Below, piece after piece: positions 1 to 8,978 of a stretch of 15,031 bases of DNA. Each line of letters begins with the position of its first letter. Positions within the stretch are counted from its first letter, which is position 1. The stretch is from Polyangiales bacterium. Its GTDB lineage: Bacteria > Myxococcota_A > Polyangia > Polyangiales > Polyangiaceae. The position numbers and the translations under genes were made by a program. The notes under the pieces are model-generated. The model had not been told where the DNA came from and did no database searches. It saw only the letters and a program-made list of their open reading frames with translations. The stretch is from contig JBBRLQ010000064.1 of NCBI GenBank assembly GCA_038231275.1, positions 1 through 15,031 on the forward strand, in the 5' to 3' direction.

Positions 1-1
1 G

Positions 2-358
2 CCTGCACGAACGGACGTTTACATCCAGGGCCCGCTGGTCACGGGCGTCCGGCACGTGCTCGGAAGCGCCAGGCTCCTGGCCCGCGTCGTCCGCGAGGCC
101 GTGACCTTCGGCGTCGCCTACAACATTCTGGCGGTCGGCGCGGCCTGCGCCGGCCTCATGTCGCCGCTGCTCGCGGCTATCTTGATGCCGCTCAGCTCGC
201 TCGGGGTCGTGGGCTGGGTGGTCTACCGGCTGCGCGCGTCAGCCGCGCCAGCCGCGTCAGCCGCGTCAGCCGCGTCAGCCGCGTCAGCCGCACGCCAATC
301 CGCCGTATGCCCCGTCCCCGCCCAGGCGCGGCAAACCCCTGCCGTGGGAGTTTCCTGA
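2..358 (+). CDS. ccoI: Heavy-metal (Cu) P1B-type ATPase CcoI/FixI, C-terminal fragment (5' end outside window)
   Basis: Frame is open from base 2 ([10 protein letters not shown]...). '[15 protein letters not shown]...[20 protein letters not shown]' matches the YN...P..AA..M..SS last two TM helices of P1B ATPases. Stop overlaps the ccoS start (TGATG). Confidence 0.8.
   Translation, partial: PARTDVYIQGPLVTGVRHVLGSARLLARVVREAVTFGVAYNILAVGAACAGLMSPLLAAILMPLSSLGVVGWVVYRLRASAAPAASAASAASAASAARQSAVCPVPAQARQTPAVGVS
233..292 (+). repeat. 9-bp in-frame tandem repeat (GCCGCGTCA)n, 4 perfect copies plus degenerate flanking copies
   Basis: Perfect GCCGCGTCA at 251-259, 260-268, 269-277 and 278-286; variants at 233-241, 242-250 and 287-292. 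Encodes (AAS)n in the CcoI tail. Confidence 0.9.
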
Positions 359-525
359 TGGAAGTAATATTTCTACTGGTGTTCATCAGCTCGGTCCTCG
401 TGGCCTGCTCGATTGGAGCCTTCGTGTACACGATAAAACAGAACGATCACGATCACGTCGATCGCCTCGCCATCGCGCCGCTGCGCGACGACGATGGGGC
501 GCGGGCGGTTGGGGGGGCGTCGTGA
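358..525 (+). CDS. ccoS: cbb3-type oxidase assembly protein CcoS/FixS
   Basis: ATG at 358 overlaps the ccoI stop. [45 protein letters not shown]: 55 aa, one TM helix followed by an acidic segment. Lies between ccoI and ccoN. Confidence 0.8.
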   Translation: MEVIFLLVFISSVLVACSIGAFVYTIKQNDHDHVDRLAIAPLRDDDGARAVGGAS

Positions 526-2846
526 GCGAGCCCCGCAGGCTCGAGGAGCAGACGATCGTCTACAACGACGCCATCGCCCGCCGCTTCCTCTTTGCCTCTG
601 TGGGCTGGGGAATCGTCGGGATGCTCGTCGGCGTCATCGTCGCCGCGCAGCTCATCTGGTTCCAGGGGAACGTCGCCCCGCAGCTGTCGTTCGGCCGGCT
701 GCGCCCGCTGCACACCAACGCGGTCATCTTCGCCTTCGTCGGCAACATGATGTTCGCCGGCGTCTACTACTCGACGCAGCGCCTGCTCAAGGCGCGCATG
801 GCCAGCGACCTCCTGGGCAAGATTCATTTCTGGGGCTGGCAGGCCATCATCGTCGCCGCCGCCATCACGCTGCCGTTGGGCTTCACGCAGGGCAAGGAGT
901 ACGCAGAGCTGGAGTGGCCCATCGATATCGCCATAGCGGTCATCTGGGTCGTGTTCGCTATCAACTTCTTCTGGACGCTGAAGAAGCGTAACGAGAAGCA
1001 CCTGTACGTGGCGATCTGGTTCTATATCGCCACGATCGTCACGGTGGCGGTGCTCCACATCGTCAACTCGCTCTCGCTGCCCTGGTCGCCGCTCAAGAGC
1101 TACCCGATCTACTCGGGCGTGCAGGACGCGCTCGTGCAGTGGTGGTACGGCCACAACGCCGTCGCGTTCTTCCTGACGACGCCGATCCTCGGCATCATGT
1201 ACTACTTCGTCCCGAAGGCGGCAGAGCGGCCGGTCTACAGCTACCGGCTCTCGATCATCCACTTCTGGGCGCTGGTGTTCCTCTACATCTGGGCCGGCCC
1301 GCACCACCTGCTCTTCACGGCGCTGCCGGACTGGGCGCAGACGCTCGGCATGGTCTTCAGCGTGATGCTCTGGGCGCCGTCGTGGGGCGGCATGCTCAAC
1401 GGCCTTCTCACGCTCCGCGGCGCGTGGGACAAAGTCCGCACCGATCCGGCGCTCAAGTTCTTCGCGGCGGCGATTACGTTTTACGGCATGGCGACGTTCG
1501 AGGGGCCGCTCCTCTCGATCAAGAGCGTCAACGGCCTCGCCCACTACACCGATTGGATCATCGGTCACGTCCACGCGGGCGCGCTCGGCTGGAACGGCTT
1601 CATGGCTGCGGGAATGTTCTATTGGATGGTCCCGCGTCTCTACGGCACGAAGCTCCACTCCAAGACGCTCGCGGAGACGCACTTCTACCTCGGGACCGTC
1701 GGCATCATCCTCTACGTCGTCTCGATGTGGGTGAGCGGCGTGACGCAGGGCATGATGTGGCGTGCGCTCGATCCGAAGGGCGTCCTGCTCTATCCGTCGT
1801 TCGTCGAGACGTTGATCGCGATCCGGCCGATGTACTGGGTCCGCCTCGCCGGCGGCACGATGTACCTCAGCGGAATGGTGATGATGGCCTACAACCTCGT
1901 CCGCACCGCGCGCTCCGGCAAGGCGGTCGACGGCGAGGCGCTCGTCACGGTGGAGTCGATCGCGCCGGAGGTGCCGTGGAAGAACGTCGTCTTCGGCGGG
2001 CCCGTCGTTCTCGTCGCCGTCGTCAGCGTTCTCGTCGGCGCGCTGGCGGTCGTCGGGATCAACGCGAGCGTCGCGATCGTCGCGCTGGCCACCGCGGTCG
2101 CGATCGGCGGGACCCTCGCGCTCCAGCTCTCGCGCACGGAGGGCCAAAAGGCCTGGCACCGCCTGCTCGAAGGGCGCGCGCTCATCTTCACCGCGTTCGT
2201 CGTCCTGGCGGTGCTCGTCGGCGGAGTGGCGGAGATCATCCCGACGATCATCACGACCCGCACCGACCCCGGCATGAGCGGCGCCGCGACGTACTCGGCC
2301 CTCGAGCTCGAGGGGCGTGACGTGTACCTGCGCGAGGGTTGCTACACGTGCCACTCGCAGATGATCCGGGCGATGCCGTTCGAGTCGGCACGCTACGGCG
2401 ACATCTCGCGCATCGACGACTCGCGGCACGATCACCCGTTCCAGTGGGGCAGCAAGCGCACCGGCCCCGATCTGGCGCGCGTGGGCGGCAAATACCCGAG
2501 CCTCTGGCACTACAGCCACATGCGCGATCCGCGCGCGACCTCGCCGGGCTCGAACATGCCGCCGTACGGGTTCCTCGTCGATGCGAAGGTGGATCTGACG
2601 CGAACGCACGAGAAGCTGCAGGCGCACAAGACCATCGGCGTTCCGTACACCGACGCGCAAATCGCGAACGCCGCGGCCGACGCGCGCGGGCAAGGCGAGG
2701 GGATCGCCAAAGAGCTCCACGAGCAAGGGGCGGACGTCGCGCCCGACAGCGAGCTCGTCGCGCTCGTCTCGTACCTGCAGCACCTCGGCAGGCCGCCGAC
2801 AGTGCTCGAGCCCAAGGTCCCCGCCGTCGCCGCGGCGGGGCACTGA
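522..2846 (+). CDS. ccoNO: cbb3-type cytochrome c oxidase, fused subunits I and II (CcoN-CcoO)
   Basis: CcoN motifs [36 protein letters not shown]. CcoO motifs [13 protein letters not shown] (CxxCH), [14 protein letters not shown]. No stop between the two parts. GTGA overlap with ccoS. Confidence 0.97.
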   Translation: MSEPRRLEEQTIVYNDAIARRFLFASVGWGIVGMLVGVIVAAQLIWFQGNVAPQLSFGRLRPLHTNAVIFAFVGNMMFAGVYYSTQRLLKARMASDLLGKIHFWGWQAIIVAAAITLPLGFTQGKEYAELEWPIDIAIAVIWVVFAINFFWTLKKRNEKHLYVAIWFYIATIVTVAVLHIVNSLSLPWSPLKSYPIYSGVQDALVQWWYGHNAVAFFLTTPILGIMYYFVPKAAERPVYSYRLSIIHFWALVFLYIWAGPHHLLFTALPDWAQTLGMVFSVMLWAPSWGGMLNGLLTLRGAWDKVRTDPALKFFAAAITFYGMATFEGPLLSIKSVNGLAHYTDWIIGHVHAGALGWNGFMAAGMFYWMVPRLYGTKLHSKTLAETHFYLGTVGIILYVVSMWVSGVTQGMMWRALDPKGVLLYPSFVETLIAIRPMYWVRLAGGTMYLSGMVMMAYNLVRTARSGKAVDGEALVTVESIAPEVPWKNVVFGGPVVLVAVVSVLVGALAVVGINASVAIVALATAVAIGGTLALQLSRTEGQKAWHRLLEGRALIFTAFVVLAVLVGGVAEIIPTIITTRTDPGMSGAATYSALELEGRDVYLREGCYTCHSQMIRAMPFESARYGDISRIDDSRHDHPFQWGSKRTGPDLARVGGKYPSLWHYSHMRDPRATSPGSNMPPYGFLVDAKVDLTRTHEKLQAHKTIGVPYTDAQIANAAADARGQGEGIAKELHEQGADVAPDSELVALVSYLQHLGRPPTVLEPKVPAVAAAGH

Positions 2847-2858
2847 AAGGAGGAGGCG

Positions 2859-3080
2859 ATGTACCACGAATTTTTTACCAAGAGCCCGCTCCTCGCGTTC
2901 CCGATCGTCGCGCTCGTCATCTTCGTCGCGGTGTTCGGGCTCATCGTCCTGCGGACGCTGAGCAAGCGGGAGCGAGAGTCGGCGGGCGTCGCCAGTCTTC
3001 TCCCGCTCGAAGACGACGCGGCGCCACCGGCCGCGCCGGCGCGAATCGGTTCCACCCGTTCGGAGGGTCGTCATGAGTAG
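2859..3080 (+). CDS. ccoQ: Small single-TM subunit, CcoQ/FixQ-like
   Basis: Strong RBS (AAGGAGGAGG) before the ATG. One TM helix followed by ...LLPLEDD, typical of CcoQ. Located between ccoO and ccoP. Confidence 0.8.
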   Translation: MYHEFFTKSPLLAFPIVALVIFVAVFGLIVLRTLSKRERESAGVASLLPLEDDAAPPAAPARIGSTRSEGRHE

Positions 3081-3642
3081 TGATCCGGGCACGGAGCAGA
3101 AGGTCGTCCACGTCACCGGCGACGGCATCGAGGAGTTCGACAGCCACCTGCCCAACTGGTGGCTCGTGACCTTCTTCGGCGCGATCGTCTTCAGCATCGG
3201 GTACTGGTTCTATTTCCAGGTCTTCCAGATCGGCGAGACGAACCAAGCGGCCTGGCGCCGCGAGGTCGCCGAGATCGCGGAGCGCTCCGGGCAGAACGTG
3301 CCGGTCACCGCGCAGCAACTCGCCGAGCTCTCGAAGGATCCAGCGGTGCTCGCCGAGGGGAAGCAGATCTTCGTGTCGACGTGCGTGGCGTGCCACGCGC
3401 TGAACGGCGGCGGCGTGGTCGGGCCCAACTTGACCGACGAGTATTGGATCCACGGCGGCGGTCCCGAGCAAATCTACGCGACGGTCAAGGACGGTGTCCC
3501 GGTGAAGGGAATGCCGGCGTGGGGGCCTCAGCTCGGGGCGACGCGCGCGCAGGCAGTGACGGCCTACGTGCTCACGCTCCGCAACACGCACGCGCCCGGT
3601 GGAAAGCCGCCGCAAGGAGACAAATTCGCGCAAGCGAATTGA
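3073..3642 (+). CDS. ccoP: cbb3-type oxidase subunit III CcoP (short, mono-heme form)
   Basis: N-terminal DGIEEFDSHLPNWW (FixP_N-like) plus a TM helix, a single CVACH heme motif, GPNLTDEYWIHGG and GMPAW. GGAGG RBS upstream. Confidence 0.92.
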   Translation: MSSDPGTEQKVVHVTGDGIEEFDSHLPNWWLVTFFGAIVFSIGYWFYFQVFQIGETNQAAWRREVAEIAERSGQNVPVTAQQLAELSKDPAVLAEGKQIFVSTCVACHALNGGGVVGPNLTDEYWIHGGGPEQIYATVKDGVPVKGMPAWGPQLGATRAQAVTAYVLTLRNTHAPGGKPPQGDKFAQAN

Positions 3643-3649
3643 CGATGAC

Positions 3650-5059
3650 ATGACCACGCACCTCCCCGTCATCCCTCCGAAGAGCTCGCTTCGGATCGAC
3701 GGAACGCGCAACTTCGTGTACCCGGCGGACGTGAAGGGGAGGTTCACGATCGCGCGTAACGCTCTATTTTATGCCCTGATTGGCGTCTACGCGGCGCTCC
3801 CGTGGATCCAAATCCGTGGGAATCCGGCGGTCTATCTGGACATCGCCGAGCGAAAGTTCTTCCTCTTCGGGGCGACGTTCAACGCGCAGGACATCTGGAT
3901 GACGGTGTTCCTGCTCACCGGCGCCGCGTTCGGCCTCGTTTTCGCGACGGCGTTGCTCGGTCGCGCGTGGTGCGGCTGGGCGTGCCCGCAGACGGTCTTC
4001 CTCGAAGCCGTGTACCGACGCATCGAGCGCTTCGTGGAGGGCCCCCGCGAGAAGCGGATGCGCCGCGACGAGGGGCCGTGGACGATGAACAAGCTCGCGC
4101 GCAAGCTCGTCGTGCACACGCTGTGGATCGTCGTGTCCCTCGTCCTCGCGCACGTGTTCCTCAGCTACTTCGTGTCGCTGCGGCAGCTGTTCGACATGAT
4201 GCGCCATCGCCCGGCCGAGCACCCCGAGGCGTTCCTCGTCGTGATGGCGCTCGCCGGCCTGTTCTATTTCGACTTCGCCTGGTTCCGCGAGCAGTTCTGC
4301 GTCGTGATGTGCCCGTACGGACGCCTCCAGTCCGTGCTACTCGACCCCGACTCGCTGGTCGTCGGATACGACGCCGGCCGCGGCGAGCCGCGCGGAAAGG
4401 TGAAGGATCCTTCGCGCGGCGCGTGCGTCGACTGTAACCGCTGCGTGGTCGTGTGCCCGACCGGCATCGACATCCGCAACGGCCTGCAGATGGACTGCAT
4501 CGCCTGTACGCAGTGCATCGACGCGTGCGACGAGGTGATGGACAAGGTCGAGCAGCCGCGGGGGCTCATTCGCTACGACTCCCAGAACGGCCTCGCCGGC
4601 AAGCCGCGCCGCGTCGTGCGGTCTCGCGTGCTCGTTTACACGGGTCTCGGCGCCCTCGGCCTGCTCGTCGCGACGTTGTCGCTCTCGCGTCACGAGCGCT
4701 TCGAGTCCAACGTGCTGCGCGTGCAGGGAGCGCCGTATGTGCTCGACGGCGACGACGTCCGGAACGCGTACCGTTTGCACCTGATCAACAAGGACGGCCG
4801 CGCGACGACGTTCCACGTAATGCCCGAAGCGACGCCGGGCGTGTCGTTCATCGTGCCGCTCCCTGACGTGAAGCTGGAGTCGCTCGCCAGCGCCGACGTG
4901 CCGCTCTTCGCGACCATGCCGCGCAGCGCGTTTCACCCGCCGCGGACGCTGCGGATCGTCGTGACCAGCGATCTGGGCGATACGCGGACGATGATGGCGC
5001 CGTTCCTCGGGCCCGAGGGCGGCGCGACGCCGCACGCGACGCTCGGAGCCACGCCGTGA
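3650..5059 (+). CDS. ccoG: Cytochrome c oxidase accessory protein CcoG/FixG (4Fe-4S membrane protein)
   Basis: GRAWCGWACPQTVF, FCVVMCPYGRLQ, CVDCNRCVVVCPTGIDIRNGLQMDCIACTQCIDAC and a C-terminal Ig-like region (RNAYRLHLINK). Start placed at ATG 3650, just after the ccoP stop. Confidence 0.95.
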   Translation: MTTHLPVIPPKSSLRIDGTRNFVYPADVKGRFTIARNALFYALIGVYAALPWIQIRGNPAVYLDIAERKFFLFGATFNAQDIWMTVFLLTGAAFGLVFATALLGRAWCGWACPQTVFLEAVYRRIERFVEGPREKRMRRDEGPWTMNKLARKLVVHTLWIVVSLVLAHVFLSYFVSLRQLFDMMRHRPAEHPEAFLVVMALAGLFYFDFAWFREQFCVVMCPYGRLQSVLLDPDSLVVGYDAGRGEPRGKVKDPSRGACVDCNRCVVVCPTGIDIRNGLQMDCIACTQCIDACDEVMDKVEQPRGLIRYDSQNGLAGKPRRVVRSRVLVYTGLGALGLLVATLSLSRHERFESNVLRVQGAPYVLDGDDVRNAYRLHLINKDGRATTFHVMPEATPGVSFIVPLPDVKLESLASADVPLFATMPRSAFHPPRTLRIVVTSDLGDTRTMMAPFLGPEGGATPHATLGATP

Positions 5060-5775
5060 ACGCGCTGCCGCTCGCGACGTTCGCGCTCGGGCTCGTGGGC
5101 TCCACGCATTGCGTCGTCATGTGCGGAGGCATCGTCGGACTCGGCGCTGCTGCACGCGGACCGCGGTTGCCGCTCGCGCCGGGCGTCGGGCTCGCGCGCC
5201 GGACGATCGCGAGCTCGGCGGCGCAGCACGTCGGTCGCATCGGCACCTACGCGGTCGCAGGCGCGCTCGCAGGGGGTGCGGGTCGCCTGGCGGCGTCATC
5301 GTGGCAGCTTGGCCTCGAGATCGTCGCTGGCGCGCTCATGATCGGTCTTGGCCTCTTCTTGTGCGGGCTCTTGCCGAGCTTCGCGCGCGTCGAGTCGGTG
5401 GGCGCTCCGCTCTTTCGTCGCCTCCGGCCCCTCGGCCAGCGGCTCCTGCCGCTGCGTACGCCATGGCACGCGCTGGCGTTCGGCGCGGTGTGGGGACTCT
5501 TGCCGTGCGGCCTCGTTTACTCGGCGCTCTCGCTGGCAGTCCTCGCCGGTTCCGCGTCGAACGGCGCGCTGGCGATGGTGGCGTTCGGCGCAGGCACGGT
5601 GCCGGCCCTGGTCGCGGTCTCTGCGCTGCTGGGGTCGATGCGGCGCTTCTTCGCGGGCGCACGGCTGCGCGTGGCGGGCGGCGCGTTGGTCGCGCTGCTC
5701 GGCGCGGTCCACATGACTATGGCGATCGATCGACTCCACGACCCGCGCGCGACGTGCCACGCGGCGGCGCCGTGA
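5056..5775 (+). CDS. DsbD_2 / TauE-SafE-like membrane protein commonly associated with cco operons
   Basis: GSTHCVVMCGG and WGLLPCGLVYSAL motifs, multiple TM helices, GTGA overlap with ccoG. Confidence 0.88.
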   Translation: MNALPLATFALGLVGSTHCVVMCGGIVGLGAAARGPRLPLAPGVGLARRTIASSAAQHVGRIGTYAVAGALAGGAGRLAASSWQLGLEIVAGALMIGLGLFLCGLLPSFARVESVGAPLFRRLRPLGQRLLPLRTPWHALAFGAVWGLLPCGLVYSALSLAVLAGSASNGALAMVAFGAGTVPALVAVSALLGSMRRFFAGARLRVAGGALVALLGAVHMTMAIDRLHDPRATCHAAAP

Positions 5776-5821
5776 GCAGGCTTCGATTGCCCTGACGCGC
5801 GCGGTGGTCTAGCACCAGCGT

Positions 5822-6880
5822 ATGGCCGATCCCATCAGGCTCACGAAGATCGCGAAGCGCGCCGGTTGCGCGGCGAAGCACCCGCCCGGGTACCTCCTTC
5901 CTCTCCTCGCGGGGCTGCCGAAGGTCCAGGATCCGAACGTGCTCATCGGGAGCGCGTCATCGGACGACGCGGCGATTTACAGGCTCTCGGCCGACACGGC
6001 GCTCGTCCTCACGACCGATTTCTTTACGCCGGTCGTCGACGATCCGTACGACTTTGGCGCCGTCGCGGCGGCGAACGCCCTGAGCGACGTGTACGCGATG
6101 GGCGGGAGGCCGATTTCGGCGCTGAACATCGTGGGGTTCCCCGACGAGACGCTCGACGGTGCGGTCCTCGCCGAGATCTTGCGCGGCGGCGCGGAGAAGG
6201 CGCGCGAGGCGGGGATCGACATCGTCGGCGGCCACACGATCAAGACCGACGAGCCGATCTACGGCCTCTCGGTGACCGGCCTCGTGCACCCCGATCGCGT
6301 CCTGTCGAACGCAGGAGCGCGCCCCGGCGACCTCCTCGTGCTGACGAAGCCGCTCGGCATCGGGATCCTGACGACGGCGGCGAAGCAAGACGTGGACACG
6401 CGCGGCGCGATAGGCGACGCGATCGCGCTCATGAAGACGCTGAACCGCGCGGGCGCCGAGGCGGCGGAGGGATTGCCCATCCACGCGGCGACCGACGTGA
6501 CGGGGTTCGGGCTGCTCGGGCACCTGCGCAACGTGCTCGCGGCGAGCGGCTGCGCGGCGACGGTGTGGCTCGACGCGGTGCCGGTGTTGCCGGCGGCGTG
6601 GGAGTACGTGCGCGCGGGCGTCGCGCCAGGCGGCACGCACGCGAATCGCCGGTTTTTCACGGCCGGCGAGTGGGTGGCGTACGAGAACATCGACGACCCG
6701 GAGCAGCTCGTCTTGTGCGACGCGCAGACGTCGGGCGGCCTCCTCTTCGCGTTGCCCGAAGCGGACGCGCCCGCGCTCGTTCGCGCGCTCGAAGCACGTG
6801 GTACTCCGTGCGCGGCGATCGTCGGACGCGTCGAAGCGGGCGCACCGGGCAAGGCGCGCGTCGTTCGTTCGCGTCGCTGA
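5822..6880 (+). CDS. selD: Selenide, water dikinase (selenophosphate synthetase), Cys-type
   Basis: N-terminal RLT...GCAAK, DDAAIY, TTDFFTPVVDDPYDFGAVAAANALSDVYAMGG, GGHT, LTKPLGIG, TDVTGFGLLGHL, DAQTSGGLL. Confidence 0.96.
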   Translation: MADPIRLTKIAKRAGCAAKHPPGYLLPLLAGLPKVQDPNVLIGSASSDDAAIYRLSADTALVLTTDFFTPVVDDPYDFGAVAAANALSDVYAMGGRPISALNIVGFPDETLDGAVLAEILRGGAEKAREAGIDIVGGHTIKTDEPIYGLSVTGLVHPDRVLSNAGARPGDLLVLTKPLGIGILTTAAKQDVDTRGAIGDAIALMKTLNRAGAEAAEGLPIHAATDVTGFGLLGHLRNVLAASGCAATVWLDAVPVLPAAWEYVRAGVAPGGTHANRRFFTAGEWVAYENIDDPEQLVLCDAQTSGGLLFALPEADAPALVRALEARGTPCAAIVGRVEAGAPGKARVVRSRR

Positions 6881-6900
6881 CCTCGCGTCGCCGGGCGCGG

Positions 6901-7677
6901 CTACGGCCCTTTTCCGTATCCCTGCAGACGGTAAACGTAGCGCCCGAAGACCTCGCGGAGCACGCTGGAGCTCTGGGTGAGGAGCCCCGCGCGTGGGAGC
7001 CACGTCGACGAGAACCGCCCGCTGTCGAAGCTCCGGTAGTCGACGGGCTCTGCGTCGACGTCGAGGCCGACCGCGCGAAAGCAGTCGAGCGCGCGCGGCA
7101 TGTGCATCGCGCTCGTGACGACGAGGAGGCGGGTCATGCCCCGGTCGCGCGCGATCTTGGCGACGTAGACGGCGTTCTCCCGCGTGTTGCGCGCCTGATC
7201 CTCGACGACGACGCGGTCCGCTGCGATGCCCCAGTCACTCAGCTGCTTCGCGATGACGCGCGCCTCGACCACGTCGGCGCGCGACGCGTCGAGAGCGCCG
7301 CTCGAGACGACGACCTGCTTCGCGCGGCCTGCGCGCAGGAGATCGAACGTCACCAGCATGCGCTCGACACCCTCGTTGTATTGCGGCGCGCCGAAGGTGG
7401 CGGTCGCCCGATCGTCCACGACCCCGCCGAGGAGCACGACGGCGTCGTACACGACGTCCGGCTTGGCGGTCTGGGTCGACGGCGTCTCGAGCGCGCGCGC
7501 CAACGCGTTCGCCGTCGGCTCAATCGAGAAGACGTACAGGATGCTGGCCGCCGCGAGCGCCGCCCATTTCTGCCCGCGGCGCGGCTTCTTCTTCGGCACC
7601 GCGTACAGGCAAAGGAGAATCGCCCACGCCAGCGGGCTCAGCAGGATGTCGAGGATCTTCGAGAGGACGTAAAACAA
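6901..7677 (-). CDS. YdcF/ElyC-like DUF218 envelope protein
   Basis: TTG start, MFYVLSK...P N-terminus with 2 TM helices, VVLLGG, VVSSG, EDQARNTRENA, LVVTSAMHMPRA, PVDY, and E..G...Y near the C-terminus. Confidence 0.9.
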   Translation of the reverse strand: MFYVLSKILDILLSPLAWAILLCLYAVPKKKPRRGQKWAALAAASILYVFSIEPTANALARALETPSTQTAKPDVVYDAVVLLGGVVDDRATATFGAPQYNEGVERMLVTFDLLRAGRAKQVVVSSGALDASRADVVEARVIAKQLSDWGIAADRVVVEDQARNTRENAVYVAKIARDRGMTRLLVVTSAMHMPRALDCFRAVGLDVDAEPVDYRSFDSGRFSSTWLPRAGLLTQSSSVLREVFGRYVYRLQGYGKGP

Positions 7678-7696
7678 GACGGCCGCGCGAGTCGCG

Positions 7697-8875
7697 CTAG
7701 AACCTGAGCCCGCCCGTGGCGAAGATGCCGAACGCGGGACCGCCGTGGTAGCCGACCGTGCCGGGCACGAAGACGAGGCGCGCGTCGCCGCCGATCATGA
7801 AGCGCGAGTTGGGGATGTCGTAGAGCGCCGTCACGCCGGGCCAGAAGATGAGGCGCGACTCCGACTGGCTCGAGTTGCCGCCGAGCGTGGGGTTGCTGAA
7901 GCTCACCGACGCGTTGAACGACCCGAAGCCGAGGCCGCCGTACGGACGCAGCGTGAAATTCGGGGCGAGCACGAACTCCCACCCGACCTCGGGGCCGATG
8001 TAGAAGGCCGACGTCGAGATGTTCTCGGTGCCGGCGACGGTGCCGATCGTGTACGACGTGCCGAAGTTGTAGACGAGCGAGCCGCCGACGTAGAGGTGCG
8101 CGGTCACGACCTTGCCGCCACGCACGCCGATGCCGACGTTGACGTTGTCGCTCGTGTATCCGAGGAGCGCATCGATGCGGATCGGCTCTTTTACCGGTTC
8201 TTCCGGGCCGTCTGCCGACGGGGGGGCGTCGGTTCGCGCGGTAGCCTTTGCGCCGCCCCCGCGCGGCGTCCCCATTCCGCCAGTGTCGGTTGGCGTCGCA
8301 TTCGGGCTCGCGTTGCCGCTGCCCGAGCTTCCGCCTCCTCCTGCGCCGCTGCTGCCACCCGAGGTTCCGCCGCCTGCGTTGCCGCCGCCGGAGGTTCCGC
8401 CTCCGCCTCCACCTCCGCCTCCGCCAGCTGCCGGGTTCGCGGTCGGCGCCGATCCGCCGCCGGTACCACCGCTCGCGCGACGCGCTTCGGCGAGTCCCTT
8501 CTCGGCCTCGGCGCGCTTGGCGGGCGTTCCGTCCTTCGAGTCGCGCAGGTAGCTGTTGAACGCCTCTTCGGCCTCTTGCGGGTGGCCGCTCTTCAGGCTG
8601 CTCCAGCCGAGGTTCAGGAGCACGTCAGGGTGCTGCTTCAGCGCGTACGCCTGCTTGAATTTGGCGCGCGCGGCCTCGTTCTTCCCCTCGTCGTAGAGCG
8701 TGACACCTTCGCGGAACCGCGCGCGCGCTTCGGCGGTCGACGAATCGTCGCCCTGGGCGAAGGCCGACGTAGGAGCCAGCAGCGTGGCGGCACCGATCGC
8801 AGCAGGCGCGAGCGCGCAGGCGCCGAGCGCGGCGCGAAGGATCAGGGAAATCGTGGGGTGTGAAAGGCCTGACAT
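7697..8875 (-). CDS. Exported protein: signal peptide + TPR domain + Gly/Ser-rich linker + C-terminal outer-membrane beta-barrel-like domain
   Basis: Start placed at ATG 8875 (MSGLSHPT...). Hydrophobic leader ends SAFA|Q. TPR-like helices ARARFREGVTLYDEG...FKQAYAL...VLLNLG. Poly-Gly linker. Amphipathic beta strands ending GGLRF (terminal Phe). Confidence 0.75.
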   Translation of the reverse strand: MSGLSHPTISLILRAALGACALAPAAIGAATLLAPTSAFAQGDDSSTAEARARFREGVTLYDEGKNEAARAKFKQAYALKQHPDVLLNLGWSSLKSGHPQEAEEAFNSYLRDSKDGTPAKRAEAEKGLAEARRASGGTGGGSAPTANPAAGGGGGGGGGGTSGGGNAGGGTSGGSSGAGGGGSSGSGNASPNATPTDTGGMGTPRGGGAKATARTDAPPSADGPEEPVKEPIRIDALLGYTSDNVNVGIGVRGGKVVTAHLYVGGSLVYNFGTSYTIGTVAGTENISTSAFYIGPEVGWEFVLAPNFTLRPYGGLGFGSFNASVSFSNPTLGGNSSQSESRLIFWPGVTALYDIPNSRFMIGGDARLVFVPGTVGYHGGPAFGIFATGGLRF

Positions 8876-8978
8876 GCTGTGGAAGTGACGCTGGACGGGG
8901 ACGTGGCTACCTATCCGAGCCCTGCGGGTCCGGACTGTCGCAAAAGATCGTGTGCCCGTCCACCCCGGCGCTGGAAAA

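Noticed and set aside
453..3197. 914-aa minus-strand ORF, and other long shadow ORFs (5866-7707, 8952-10973, 7745-8863, 11750-13285)
   Set aside because: Antisense or off-frame shadows of well-supported genes. Arg/Ala-rich with no motifs, as expected in high-GC DNA.
5864..5878. Possible selenocysteine (UGA) in SelD
   Set aside because: The catalytic codon is TGC (Cys) and there is no in-frame TGA.
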